Source: Candidatus Poribacteria bacterium (GTDB lineage: Bacteria; Poribacteria; WGA-4E; PCPOR2b). Taken from it: a stretch of DNA of 64,000 nt. Position numbers and translations under genes: made by a program. Positions within the stretch are counted from its first letter, which is position 1; each line of letters opens with the position of its first letter. The stretch spans positions 864,001-928,000 of the forward strand of contig OZ244587.1 of NCBI GenBank assembly GCA_965218095.1. Direction: 5' to 3'. Below are positions 11,203 through 20,961 of this stretch, piece by piece. Below the pieces are notes generated by a model. That model ran no database searches, had not been told where the DNA came from, and saw nothing but the letters and a program-made list of their open reading frames with translations.

Positions 11203-11379
11203 ATGAAAACTTCATCTTCGTTGAAGATTACTGACTCGATTCGTGCAATCAAAAATCAAGTGTGTGAAGAGTGTGGCACGCAAGCAAAGGGTTTTGTCTA
11301 TCGCAAGGCGCACCCGATCTACTACTGCCACAAGTGCTTGCGCGATAAGATTAGCAGTAATGGACGACTGGTGGCATAG
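11203..11379 (+). CDS. 58-aa small protein with two CxxC motifs (zinc finger-like)
   Basis: MKTSSSLKITDSIRAIKNQVCEECGTQAKGFVYRKAHPIYYCHKCLRDKISSNGRLVA; RBS aaggaaa and promoter upstream; below the ORF-track cutoff. Confidence 0.65.
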   Translation: MKTSSSLKITDSIRAIKNQVCEECGTQAKGFVYRKAHPIYYCHKCLRDKISSNGRLVA

Positions 11380-11427
11380 GTGAATCGTTCAACATTACGT
11401 TTTACGTTCTTGGTGGTTGCCCCAGTT

Positions 11428-11955
11428 CTACAAACTCATGGACGAGGTGGACGTGCGAACCGCTATGCCTGCCCAGATCTGCCGCGAGGGGCTCTGGCAG
11501 AATTCATGTTCTTTTGGCGGGTGAACAATCTTCTTCCCATTTTTATCCGCCCAGACTGCTCCGGCTAGATTGTGTTCAAAACTCCCTTCCGCCCCGTAAA
11601 TCCCACTGCTCGTTCGCTGCCGGGGTATAGGGCATCGGAATGCTCCCCGTTTTATCCTGTCCTCACTGATTACCCCACCGGTTTTTCGCCACATCGTACA
11701 GTCTGTGACTCATGTCGTGGAAATACTCTGCCTGACAGTAGACAAACTCGCCAAACGCGCCCTCCCCCGCTTTCTGACGAGAAAACGCAGTCTCAGGGCA
11801 AAAGAAATTGGTCTCGCCATTCATGTAAATCATACCTGTTCGTCTTACCGCTTCTAGCAGATCGTCACATTCGTCCAACGAATGCGCCGCGGGGACAGCA
11901 GTGTAGACATGTTTGCCTGCTCCCAACCTTTGAACATGACGGATATGCAGCCATG
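11428..11955 (-). pseudogene. Gfo/Idh/MocA oxidoreductase internal fragment
   Basis: 'AGKHVYTAVPAA...YMNGETNFF...FGEFVYCQAEYFHD'; no N-terminus. Confidence 0.65.
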
Positions 11956-11990
11956 GTTGGGTGATAATCGCTAACCTTGAGAATTTCTGA

Positions 11991-12019
11991 TTGACACAAT
12001 TTTCATTTACTGCTAGAAT
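11991..12019 (+). promoter_or_regulatory. Sigma-70-type promoter of the phosphatase gene
   Basis: TTGACA-N17-TAGAAT. Confidence 0.6.
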
Positions 12020-12059
12020 GGTGGTGCATAGCTATCAGAAAATCTACAAGGAAGTCAAC

Positions 12060-14189
12060 ATGAAAGAAACGATTGTCAAGATTCAGGTTTTATGGCTATT
12101 TATTTTTCTGCTGTTAGGCTGCGGCGCCGCCAAACCGTACATCAATAAAAACAAACAAAGCAGCCTGTTGGTGACCTTTAACGAGAAGAGTCCCGATTCC
12201 TCAGAGATCATCACTTTCTACGCGCTGGGAGATTGGGGCACAGGGAACCGAGCACAACAAGCTGTCGCAAAGGCATTGAAAGATGATATTGAGAAGCTTG
12301 GAGACCGAGAGATTTTCCCGTTTGTCATCGGTCTGGGGGATAATGTGTACCCTCGCGGATTGCCGGATAAGCCCTGGGGCAGTCCCATAGTTTTTGACCT
12401 TCTGAATCGTACCTTTGGGCATATTTACGAAGGTATCAAATACAAAGGGCAAGCGTTAACATTTCATATAATCCCAGGAAACCATGACTATGCAGGGGCA
12501 TACAAAAAGAAAGTCGGTTGGGGGAATATATCCCATTGGGAAGCGACAGCGACATCCCGCATTTGAAGTACTATCCCATTGATCACCAACATTTTTCTGA
12601 CACCAATGATGAACAGGAGTTCAACTCCTTAGAATCAAAAAGAAAAAGTGGTGAACTTTACCAGTTAACCCTTCCGGAAAAAATGTACATAGAACACTTG
12701 AATTCAGTCACCTTCATTGCCCTGGACACACAAATTCTATTAGAGTTAACCCAAGTTGCTAGTAATTGAAAATCCATGGGTTTTCCGTTAAAGTAGAGGT
12801 AATCCAAACCATAATACCTCAAAGGAGAAACCCATGGACATCCAAATTGCAACCATTTTCTATCTCTGTGACAAGCTCTTAGAAGCACTCAACTCAAAAC
12901 CACACCCACAAACGCAGATGTCTGATGCCGAAGTCATGACCACCGGCATCGTCGCTGCGTTGTTCTTCGGGGCAAACTTGCAAACCACTTGTGACTTTCT
13001 AAAGACTCATGGCTATATACCCAAGATGCTTTCAAAAAGTCGATTCAACCGACGACTTCATCGAATTAAACCGATGTTCACCACATTGTTCAAAATCTTG
13101 GGACGAAGCTATGTGCAACTTAATCAACAGAAAATCTATGCACTGGATACCATACCAATTGCTGTTTGTTCCGCATTCGTCGGTCAAAAATCTACACCGA
13201 TAAGGCATATCGAGGCTATCAAGCGTCCAAACGTCGGTATTTCTATGGCTTGAAAGTTCATCTGCTAGTGACTGCGAGTCGACACCCTGTTGAATTTTTT
13301 GTGACCCCAGCCAGTACAGGGGACGTTGAAGGGTTACAGTGGTTTGACTTCGACTTGCCACCGGGCTATGGTGACAAAGCATACAATAATTATGAGATAG
13401 AAGATATTGTTACATCAGTCGGAGTCGAATTAAAGCCAGTACGCAAGAAGAATTCCAAGCGGCTGTATCCACCATGGGAGACCTACTTGGCTAATTACCA
13501 TCGTAAGTCTGTTGAGACGGCTGGCAGTTTGATTAACAAACTGCTTCCACGTTCAATCCATGCAGTAACGCAACACGGATTTGAATTGAAAGTGGTCTTG
13601 TTTGTATTGGCTAGCAGTATCAATCAGCTCTGAGTTCACTCACATATTCGATGAATAGGTCGCAACTTGGGTTAGAGTTATATAAAGAGCCAAAACAAAA
13701 TGAGGGCATAATAAATCAACACTGGCGGAAGCTCGAAACACTGTTGAAGGGAGATAAAGCTGACTGGAAATTTATTCTCGGACATCACCCTATTAAAACC
13801 TACGGTGCCCACAGAGACCGGTATACCAATAATAACCCGTCACTTCAGGATTTATCCCACCCGGCTTATAAAAGTTTAAGTGGCGCTTAAAGCATCTTAT
13901 GAAACGTTATAATGTCAACATGTATCTAGCAGGACACGATCATAGCTTACAATTTCTAGATTTAGGGAGAGGTTTAGGGGAGGGACCTTTTCAAATTGTT
14001 TCCGGGTCGGCAGGTAAGAAATCGTCTGTGAGACCTAATGATAAGGGAAGCACGCATTTTGCCCATGGCGTTTACGGCTTTGTGCGTTTTGATGTGACAG
14101 AGCAAGCGATATGGATAGAATTTCTTCATGTCAATGTTAAGGAATTTACTCATAAGTCGTCTGCTGTATTTCGCATCCCCCAAATATAG
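12060..14189 (+). pseudogene. Metallophosphoesterase (purple/tartrate-resistant acid phosphatase-like) lipoprotein, IS-interrupted and frameshifted
   Basis: Lipobox LLGC; GDWG, GDNVY, GNHDY, GHHP and GHDH motifs spread over four fragments. Confidence 0.85.
12749..13672 (+). mobile_element. IS982-family element with frameshifted transposase (12834-13633)
   Basis: IR acccaagttgc / gcaacttgggt; 8-bp duplication tagagtta at 12741-12748 and 13673-13680; 'MSDAEVMT', 'SRFNRRL', 'YFYGLKVHL', 'GDKAY'. Confidence 0.9.
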
Positions 14190-14277
14190 AGCGTGTCGGA
14201 CTGAGTTGAGCCAGAATCACACTCATTAAATACTTTATCATTCTATCTTCCTGACATTGGTTGATGCTTTCTCAAGT

Positions 14278-14664
14278 TTATCTTTGCGTTCTATTGCAAG
14301 TTGAGGTGAGCAACTTCAGTACCAAATTCTTTGAAAGGAACATCAAGTCGCTTTGTGGCAGGTGAGGAGAGCTTTCCAGTACGAATGCTGAAATGTGGTG
14401 ATAGGACTGCGGTGTGCAGATGTCCGCCCCGTTCAAATCCTCTATCTTTAGCATATCTTCGACGTCGTCATAAACGTGGGGCACCCTTCCTTGAAACTCG
14501 GCGATTTTTTCCGCGGAAGCCTGTGCTGCCTCCCTATGTACATCACACATTGCTTCGATTGAAAAGGTACCCACCCCTTTTTCCACTAGCGCTTGATATC
14601 CTCGCAGATGCGCGTTTGCGATTCCGCCGCAACCAATGATTGCTAAACGAACCTTATCTGACAC
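14278..14664 (-). pseudogene. Gfo/Idh/MocA oxidoreductase N-terminal fragment
   Basis: 'RLAIIGCGGIANAH...DICTPQSYHH', then homology is lost. Confidence 0.75.
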
Positions 14665-14689
14665 AGTTTTCCTCCCTAAGATAAATGGC

Positions 14690-15286
14690 TAAATAGTAAT
14701 ATGTGCTGCAAAGGTTTTCAAGCAATCGGTTTCAGAGACAGAAGAATTATCCGGTGATGATGTTGTTTCGACACCCCTTCCGGATATAACCGAAGATGAA
14801 TTATCCGCGCTTTTACAAGATTCGGATCTGTTTCCTGTTGAAAAAGGGGATTTCCCTGAAGTTCCCGACGGATTTCCCTCAGATCTCACTCCAGTTTGGA
14901 TCCAATTCCCCAATTATCAAAAGGGGGATATGTATGAGCGTGAGATGCTTTACCGTGTTTTGATAAAACTGTGGAATCAGGGAGACCACGATTTTGTGAG
15001 TGGTGTCTATCAGGATGACAACGGTAGAGTCTACTCGCTCTATTCCGACGTGGCATATGTTGAATGGGGGGAGGTTGTTAGTGATGATGGACAGGTTATC
15101 AGATTTCCAAGGTTCTCCCTTATGACTCATGCGAGAGAGGAAGATGACTTAGGGGGGCTTTATACGGAAGAAGAGGTGCTTTCAGGTGCTTATAAGACGA
15201 AGTATCCCGATCTAAAAATTGTTGAGTATTCCAATGCAGGGTTTAACCCTGAAACCTTTCTTGATGACTATTCTTGATGACTATTA
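14690..15286 (+). pseudogene. Hypothetical acidic protein, 5'-truncated
   Basis: Coding-like stretch 'FPEVPDGFPSDLTPVW' leading into ORF 14930-15277 'YEREMLYRVLIKLWNQGDHDF'; 13-bp duplication at the stop. Confidence 0.45.
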
Positions 15287-15352
15287 GAAGCTTCTCTGTT
15301 TTGAAAAAGCTTCCATCAAAAATAGCAGAGCCATTCTGCAAGGAGGAAAATT

Positions 15353-15662
15353 ATGGTGCGTTAGTGTACATGCCTATGGTGCCTTAACCGTTTGCCTGAG
15401 AATCCATGGCCCTTGGGGCTTGGTTAGAAAAAATACTGCATTTGCAACAATGGGTACTCCAGGGCTTAAAAACGGTACTTACAATGTATATGCTAAGGTT
15501 GATAACGCTAGCAACTAGGCTGGTGCTTTTGGTAGTAACGTAGTCGTAGCGACTGCTTCCGATACAGGTGATTATTACCTTCCAGGTACCGCAAATGCTT
15601 ATGTCGGTGGTTATGATAGAGATGACAGATATCAGTCCGATACTGATAGCGATTCAAACTAA
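15353..15662 (+). pseudogene. Small Gly/Asp/Thr-rich protein, degenerate
   Basis: Strong RBS aaggagg, early frameshift, internal TAG; 'GLKNGTYNVYAKVDN...GTANAYVGGYDRDDRYQSDTDSDSN*'; terminator follows. Confidence 0.45.
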
Positions 15663-15685
15663 CATTTTACGTGAGAAGTCACAAC

Positions 15686-15722
15686 AAAGTCCCATCCGTT
15701 TAATTCGGGTGGGGCTTTTTTT
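15686..15722 (+). terminator. Rho-independent terminator
   Basis: aaagtcccatccg-loop-cgggtggggcttt followed by a T-run. Confidence 0.75.
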
Positions 15723-15897
15723 ATGCGACAAATCGACAAGACGCCGCAGTTTCTCGGCATTGATTGTAAGCATTGGTATATGGAAAAGCATACCGCACCT
15801 TCCCATCTGTCTCTTGACTGATTTGTACAGATTCAACTGTCGCTTGTTTATTCATTAGAATTCATGAACCTTTGACAGGTTGGCCTGGAATAAAATC

Positions 15898-15926
15898 TTG
15901 ACTTTTCGAGATCTTCAGTTTACTAT
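15898..15926 (+). promoter_or_regulatory. Sigma-70-type promoter upstream of eutN
   Basis: TTGACT-N17-TACTAT. Confidence 0.5.
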
Positions 15927-16062
15927 ACCCCTGTGGTTTTGTCAATAATGTTTTCATTACGCATTACATTTTACGCGATTTGCGTTTCTCTGTACGGACA
16001 AAAGATCTTTTGTCCCTAAATAAACAGACCCGAGACCATAAATAAACGGGGAAAGATTTCGT

Positions 16063-16350
16063 ATGACGCTTGGAAAAGTTGTGGGAACGGTCGTTGCAAC
16101 ACGGAAAGATGAGAAATTAATCGGCAGTAAGTTGCTGATTGTGCAGGAGACAGATCTCAATGGAAACCCGGTCAGTAAATACACGGTTGCTGTCGATGCT
16201 GTTGGCGCAGGTGTGGGTGAACTAGTACTCACCGCATCAGGCAGTTCAGCGCGTCAAACAAGCATCACCAAAGACAAGCCTGTTGATGCGGTGATTATGG
16301 CTATCGTTGATTCGATTGAAGTTCACAGGGAAATTCGGTTTCAGAAGTGA
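16063..16350 (+). CDS. eutN: Bacterial microcompartment vertex (pentamer) protein, EutN/CcmL family
   Basis: 'GKVVGTVVATRKDEKLIGSKLLIV...VAVDAVGAGVGELVL..SGSSAR...PVDAVIMAIVD'. Confidence 0.93.
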   Translation: MTLGKVVGTVVATRKDEKLIGSKLLIVQETDLNGNPVSKYTVAVDAVGAGVGELVLTASGSSARQTSITKDKPVDAVIMAIVDSIEVHREIRFQK

Positions 16351-16359
16351 GTTGAAGAC

Positions 16360-16554
16360 ATGAAGACTCACCCCCCCCAAACTGATTCTATTGAAGAACT
16401 TACCAGATTTTGGGACACGCATGACCTGACCGATTTTGAAGACCAATTGGAGGAAGTTGCTGAACCCATCTTTGTATGCGAAGCGGAAGCCGCGATGCAG
16501 ATCCACTTGCCGCCCAAAATGGTTGAGGCGGTTAAGCGGATTGCGAAGTCTTAG
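16360..16554 (+). CDS. CopG/BrnA-type antitoxin-like protein, probably truncated
   Basis: 'DSIEELTRFWDTHDLTDFEDQLEEV' typical of CopG_antitoxin proteins; no toxin partner seen. Confidence 0.65.
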   Translation: MKTHPPQTDSIEELTRFWDTHDLTDFEDQLEEVAEPIFVCEAEAAMQIHLPPKMVEAVKRIAKS

Positions 16555-16905
16555 GGAAAACTCTCGTGGTTTATTCTATATCTATCGTCCGGTCGGAGTG
16601 CATCCACAACGCAACCGATGTTACGTCGGTTTGGATGTCAAGGATACAAAATCCTGAACTTCGCATCCGTGAGTTTACGTTTCAGCCTGATGCCCTGATC
16701 AAACTGACTGTTCGGAATTTTGAGTCGGGCGTGACGCTCAAAATTAATGATGAAGGAGTCAGTCGTTTTCGTGAACCAGAATTACGTCACAGCAAAGTTG
16801 GTGTCTATGGATGTTCTTTACATTTGGACGGAACTCTAGTAACGGAACTCTAGTAATCGTTAAGTTCAATAGCCTTCATATCCATGACCTGCATTAGTTT
16901 TCCAA

Positions 16906-18648
16906 ATGCAAGCAAATTCAACAGACATACCCCTCAAAATCGAACTCATCAAGCGCATCGGTTGGCTCGTCAAGCTCCGTTGGATCGCTATCACGGGTGT
17001 CTTGCTGACCGTGAGCATTGCGAGTTGGGGACTCCATATCATTGAAAATCCGATGCCGCTCTACATCATCGCAGCGTTAATGGTGCTCTACAATTTTGAG
17101 CCGCAGATCTATCCTAAGCATATCACTGAAAAGCCCCTCGCATCGATTCAGCGGCATGCTCGCACGCATATCATTCTGGATCTGTTTTCGCTCACCGCCC
17201 TGATCCATTTTAGCGGCGGCGTCGAAAATCCGTTCATTTTCTACTTTATCTTCCACCTCGTCATAGCGAGCATTCTCCTCTCCAGAAAAGTCAGTTACAT
17301 CCTCGCCACACTCAACACCGCCCTGTTAAGCTCTCTCATCTTCCTTGAGTATTATCACATCTTGCCTCATTACCATCTGGAACATTTCTTGCCTGAAACG
17401 CTCTGGCGGGATGCAATCTACATTTCAAGCGTGCTGTTCGTTTTCACAAGCACGCTGTTTTTCTCCGTCTATATGGCGACATCGATTATGGATACTGCGA
17501 GAGCCCGTGAGGAGGAAACCCGCGAGTTGAAGGAAAACCTCGAAGAAAAGGTAATCGAACTGGAAAATGCGCGGAAAGCGGTACTTTTCGAGCGAAACAA
17601 GCTCAAGTCGATCATCGAGTGCATGCAAGAAGGGGTTGTCTTTGTTGACGACAAAAACCGGGTGTCGCTCTTTAACAAGGCTGGGCAACAGATCGGAAAA
17701 GAGCAATTCGGGCTTGATACAGAAGGCATTGAATCGCCGGTGGCTTATGGCAGCCTTCCACAAATTGCAGCAGATTTATCGAACGGAGAGGCAATTATCG
17801 AACAGCAAAGCCTGCAGATTAAGGATAAATTTTTCGAGAACACCTATGCCGCCGTGCGCGACGATAGCGGTAACTATTTAGGCACAGTTTTAGTTTGCCG
17901 CGATGTGACTGATCGGAAGCGGATGGAACAGCAGATGATCCAATCTGAGAAGATGGCGGCGATTGGTGAGTTAGCGGCAGGGGTTGCGCATGAGATCAAC
18001 AACCCCCTCGACGGTCTACTCAATTGCATCCATCGGATTAAGCGCGACCCACAGAATGAGGGGCAGACAAAAGAATACTTGAATCTCATGGAGGAAGCCC
18101 TCCGGCGGATTGAATCAACGGTCGGACAACTTCTCAATTTTTCGCGTCAACATGAGCTTGCGCTCACCTTAGTTTCGCTCAATCAGGTGGTCAATGAAGT
18201 TGTCGGCCTGATTGAATACAGCGCTGAAGAAAAGAGTGTCCGGATTGAGCAGCATTTCCAGAAAGACCTCGATCTGATCCTTGGGGACAAACATCTCTTA
18301 GAACAGGTTGTCCTGAATCTTGCGCTAAATGCGATTGGGGCTATGCCCGATGGTGGCGTGTTGACTTTCAAAACCGGGAAAATTGAATTTGATGCGCTGT
18401 TTGGTGAAGCGGCGACTTTCGTTCAAGTGACAGACACAGGGATCGGCATCCCTCAGTCCGTTCAGGATCGGATCTTTGACCCATTTTATACCACGAGGAT
18501 AACGGAGAAAGGCACAGGACTTGGGCTCTCCGTATCCAACCGAATCGTCACGCAACATGAAGGTGTCATCGAATTTGAAAGCGAGATTGAGCGCGGTTCT
18601 ACCTTCACTGTTAAATTACCGATAAGGAGGGTTCTAGAGGAGGTATGA
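16906..18648 (+). CDS. Membrane-bound sensor histidine kinase with PAS domain
   Basis: About 6 TM segments ('KLRWIA', 'SGGVENPF'), PAS, H-box 'GVAHEINNPL', 'DTGIGI', 'FDPFYTT', 'GTGLGL'. Confidence 0.95.
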   Translation: MQANSTDIPLKIELIKRIGWLVKLRWIAITGVLLTVSIASWGLHIIENPMPLYIIAALMVLYNFEPQIYPKHITEKPLASIQRHARTHIILDLFSLTALIHFSGGVENPFIFYFIFHLVIASILLSRKVSYILATLNTALLSSLIFLEYYHILPHYHLEHFLPETLWRDAIYISSVLFVFTSTLFFSVYMATSIMDTARAREEETRELKENLEEKVIELENARKAVLFERNKLKSIIECMQEGVVFVDDKNRVSLFNKAGQQIGKEQFGLDTEGIESPVAYGSLPQIAADLSNGEAIIEQQSLQIKDKFFENTYAAVRDDSGNYLGTVLVCRDVTDRKRMEQQMIQSEKMAAIGELAAGVAHEINNPLDGLLNCIHRIKRDPQNEGQTKEYLNLMEEALRRIESTVGQLLNFSRQHELALTLVSLNQVVNEVVGLIEYSAEEKSVRIEQHFQKDLDLILGDKHLLEQVVLNLALNAIGAMPDGGVLTFKTGKIEFDALFGEAATFVQVTDTGIGIPQSVQDRIFDPFYTTRITEKGTGLGLSVSNRIVTQHEGVIEFESEIERGSTFTVKLPIRRVLEEV

Positions 18649-19970
18649 AAGTACTGGTTGTTGACGATGAAAAAATCAAACTCATTACACTGCGCGATGG
18701 TCTACGCGAGGTAGGCTACGATACAATCGCAGTTGAGTCTCCAACGCTCGGGCTACAGCTTTTGCAAAACGAACATTTTGACGTCCTTGTCACCGATCTG
18801 CGCATGCCGAAGATGCACGGCATTGACTTCCTCAAGCACGTCAAGAAGGAATATCCCCATATCACCGTGATTGTCATGACTGCTTATGCTAGTGTTGAAA
18901 CCGCAGTGGAAGCAATGAAATTTGGGGCGTACAACTACATCAAAAAGCCATTTTCTAGTGAAGAACTGATCCAAATACTGGATAAACTGAAAATGCTTCG
19001 TGATAAAGATGAGCCGCGCGCAAAGTTAAAAGCTCGTATTGAGGGACGTTCTCCATACCAAAATATCGTTGGGAAAAGCCGAGCGATGCAAGAAATCCTT
19101 AACCTGCTTGAAAAGATTTCTGATGCTCATAGCACCGTATTAATCTACGGAGAGCGTGGCACGGGGAAATCGCTCGTTGCAAAATCGATCCATTTCAACG
19201 GTTCGCGCAGACACCACCCCGTTGTTATTGTCAATTGCTTGGGGACATCTACAGAAGCGTTAGATCTGCAACTCTTTGGAGATAAGAAGGAAGAAGATGA
19301 GTCAGCGCATAAAGGTACGCTTTTCCTCAAAGACGTGGATGAACTTCCCGCCGAACTGCAGATCAAACTTCTACGGATGTTGGAAGAGCAGCAGCTTGAT
19401 TCGGACAGAAGCGTAGAAATTGATCAAGTACAGGCACGGGTGATTGCTGCAACGACAAAAAATTTGCGTACGAAAGTCCAAAGCGGAGAATTTCGAGACG
19501 ACCTCTTCTATCGGTTGAGCGTTGTCCCAATCTTTCTACCGCCACTGCGTGAACGAGTGAAAGATATTCCGCTCTTAATCAATCACTTTTTAGATCTCTT
19601 CTCCTCGAATCACCCTATCCGCATTGACTCCGAAGCTATTGATTTGCTCACGGAATACCCATGGCCAGGCAATGTCCGCGAATTAGAAAATGTCATTGAA
19701 CGGCTCGTAACGGTTGGCGGCGGCGGGGATATTACTGTCGAAGATATTCCGCTTGAATTGAAACTGCCGACCCATATCAGCTTGAATGAAACGTTGAGTG
19801 AGATTTCATTTCAAGAGATTATCCGAACCACGGAGCGAGAGCTCATTGCCTGGGCGATGAAAAGGGCGCAGGGGAATAAAAGCCGAGCTGCGAGACTACT
19901 CAAAATGAAGCCTTCAACCTTCCGCGATGCCCTCGCCAAGCATATTGATCAGATCGAGTGGAGGAGTTAG
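18645..19970 (+). CDS. NtrC/AtoC-type response regulator (REC-AAA-Fis HTH) lacking GAFTGA
   Basis: REC 'LVVDD...DLRMP', Walker A GERGTGKS, 'FRDDLFYRL', 'WPGNVRELEN', HTH 'GNKSRAARLL'. Confidence 0.92.
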   Translation: MKVLVVDDEKIKLITLRDGLREVGYDTIAVESPTLGLQLLQNEHFDVLVTDLRMPKMHGIDFLKHVKKEYPHITVIVMTAYASVETAVEAMKFGAYNYIKKPFSSEELIQILDKLKMLRDKDEPRAKLKARIEGRSPYQNIVGKSRAMQEILNLLEKISDAHSTVLIYGERGTGKSLVAKSIHFNGSRRHHPVVIVNCLGTSTEALDLQLFGDKKEEDESAHKGTLFLKDVDELPAELQIKLLRMLEEQQLDSDRSVEIDQVQARVIAATTKNLRTKVQSGEFRDDLFYRLSVVPIFLPPLRERVKDIPLLINHFLDLFSSNHPIRIDSEAIDLLTEYPWPGNVRELENVIERLVTVGGGGDITVEDIPLELKLPTHISLNETLSEISFQEIIRTTERELIAWAMKRAQGNKSRAARLLKMKPSTFRDALAKHIDQIEWRS

Positions 19971-20022
19971 AAATTTCCTGCAAATGATGACAGCATACAA
20001 CGCTGTGCTATCACTATATTCA

Positions 20023-20184
20023 TGAGGAAATTTGTTCCATGTGACGTATCCACCCAACGGCCAGGGGGTTGAGTTGAGAAGTTCATCGGTTCAAGCGTTC
20101 AATGAACTCATGGACTCTTGAACGTCCTGAAGGATCGGGGAACTTTTTGCGGCGTTAGTTATCTAGTCACGATGCGGTTTCTCA
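20023..20184 (+). ncRNA. ssrS: Probable 6S RNA
   Basis: Rod-like pairing (tgaggaa/tttctca, gtgac/gtcac, aacg-gcc/ggcgtt, gttcaag/cttgaac) with a central bubble; directly upstream of ygfA, a conserved linkage. Confidence 0.6.
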
Positions 20185-20261
20185 AAGGTTTAGTGATAGC
20201 ACATCCATTGAGGGGCAAGCCTGTGATTTGTGGCGCCCCTGGCGTAAGGGATAGAAACCCA

Positions 20262-20849
20262 GTGAGCAGACAGCAGAAACGCCAACGCCTTCGTGCAGAG
20301 GCCAAACACAGGCGCGACAATATTCCGCCTGTCGTGAGATCTGAATTGAGCCGACGGATCATCAAACGGGTGATCGATTGGATTGAGATGAACCAGGCCA
20401 ATGCCGTTTTGCTCTATCTCAGCATGCGGAGTGAGGTGGAAACGGATAGTTTGCTCAAGTACCTGTTGGCTCAGAACAAAACTGCACTTGCCCCCATAAC
20501 CAATATGAAACGACGGACGCTCACGCCGCGCCGCATCACCGATGTGCAAAGGGATCTTGTTCTCCACCCTTATGGCATGCGGGAACCGAACAGGAAAACC
20601 TGCCCATCATTTCCGCTAGACCAGATTGATCTGATCCTCGTCCCCGGGGTCGCTTTTGATCGCAAAGGCTTCCGCCTCGGCTACGGTGGGGGTTTCAATG
20701 ATCGATTCCTTCCGCAATGCCCACAGGTAGCTTGGATCGGATTGGCTTACGAAGTGCAAATTGTGGAAGATACATTCCCACAAGCGTGGGATGTTCCACT
20801 GCCCCAGATCTTCACGGAGAATGGTGACGTGATGCGCGATGTGCCTTGA
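20262..20849 (+). CDS. ygfA: 5-formyltetrahydrofolate cyclo-ligase
   Basis: 'DLILVPGVAFDRKGFRLGYGGGFNDRFL', 'SEVET'. Confidence 0.92.
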   Translation: MSRQQKRQRLRAEAKHRRDNIPPVVRSELSRRIIKRVIDWIEMNQANAVLLYLSMRSEVETDSLLKYLLAQNKTALAPITNMKRRTLTPRRITDVQRDLVLHPYGMREPNRKTCPSFPLDQIDLILVPGVAFDRKGFRLGYGGGFNDRFLPQCPQVAWIGLAYEVQIVEDTFPQAWDVPLPQIFTENGDVMRDVP

Positions 20850-20857
20850 TTTTCCGC

Positions 20858-20885
20858 TTGACATGGGATACGCCTGTGATATAAT
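20858..20885 (+). promoter_or_regulatory. Sigma-70-type promoter of the dcw cluster
   Basis: TTGACA-N16-TATAAT with extended TG. Confidence 0.65.
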
Positions 20886-20961
20886 ACCCACACCAGATAG
20901 GTACGGAAGAGGAGGGCATGGGTGATTGTGCAGAAAGAAAACCGGAAGATCTCAGGGAGAG

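Noticed and set aside
16360-16853. Complete toxin-antitoxin module
   Set aside because: Only a truncated antitoxin-like ORF is recognisable; ORF 16566-16853 shows no toxin motif I can support.
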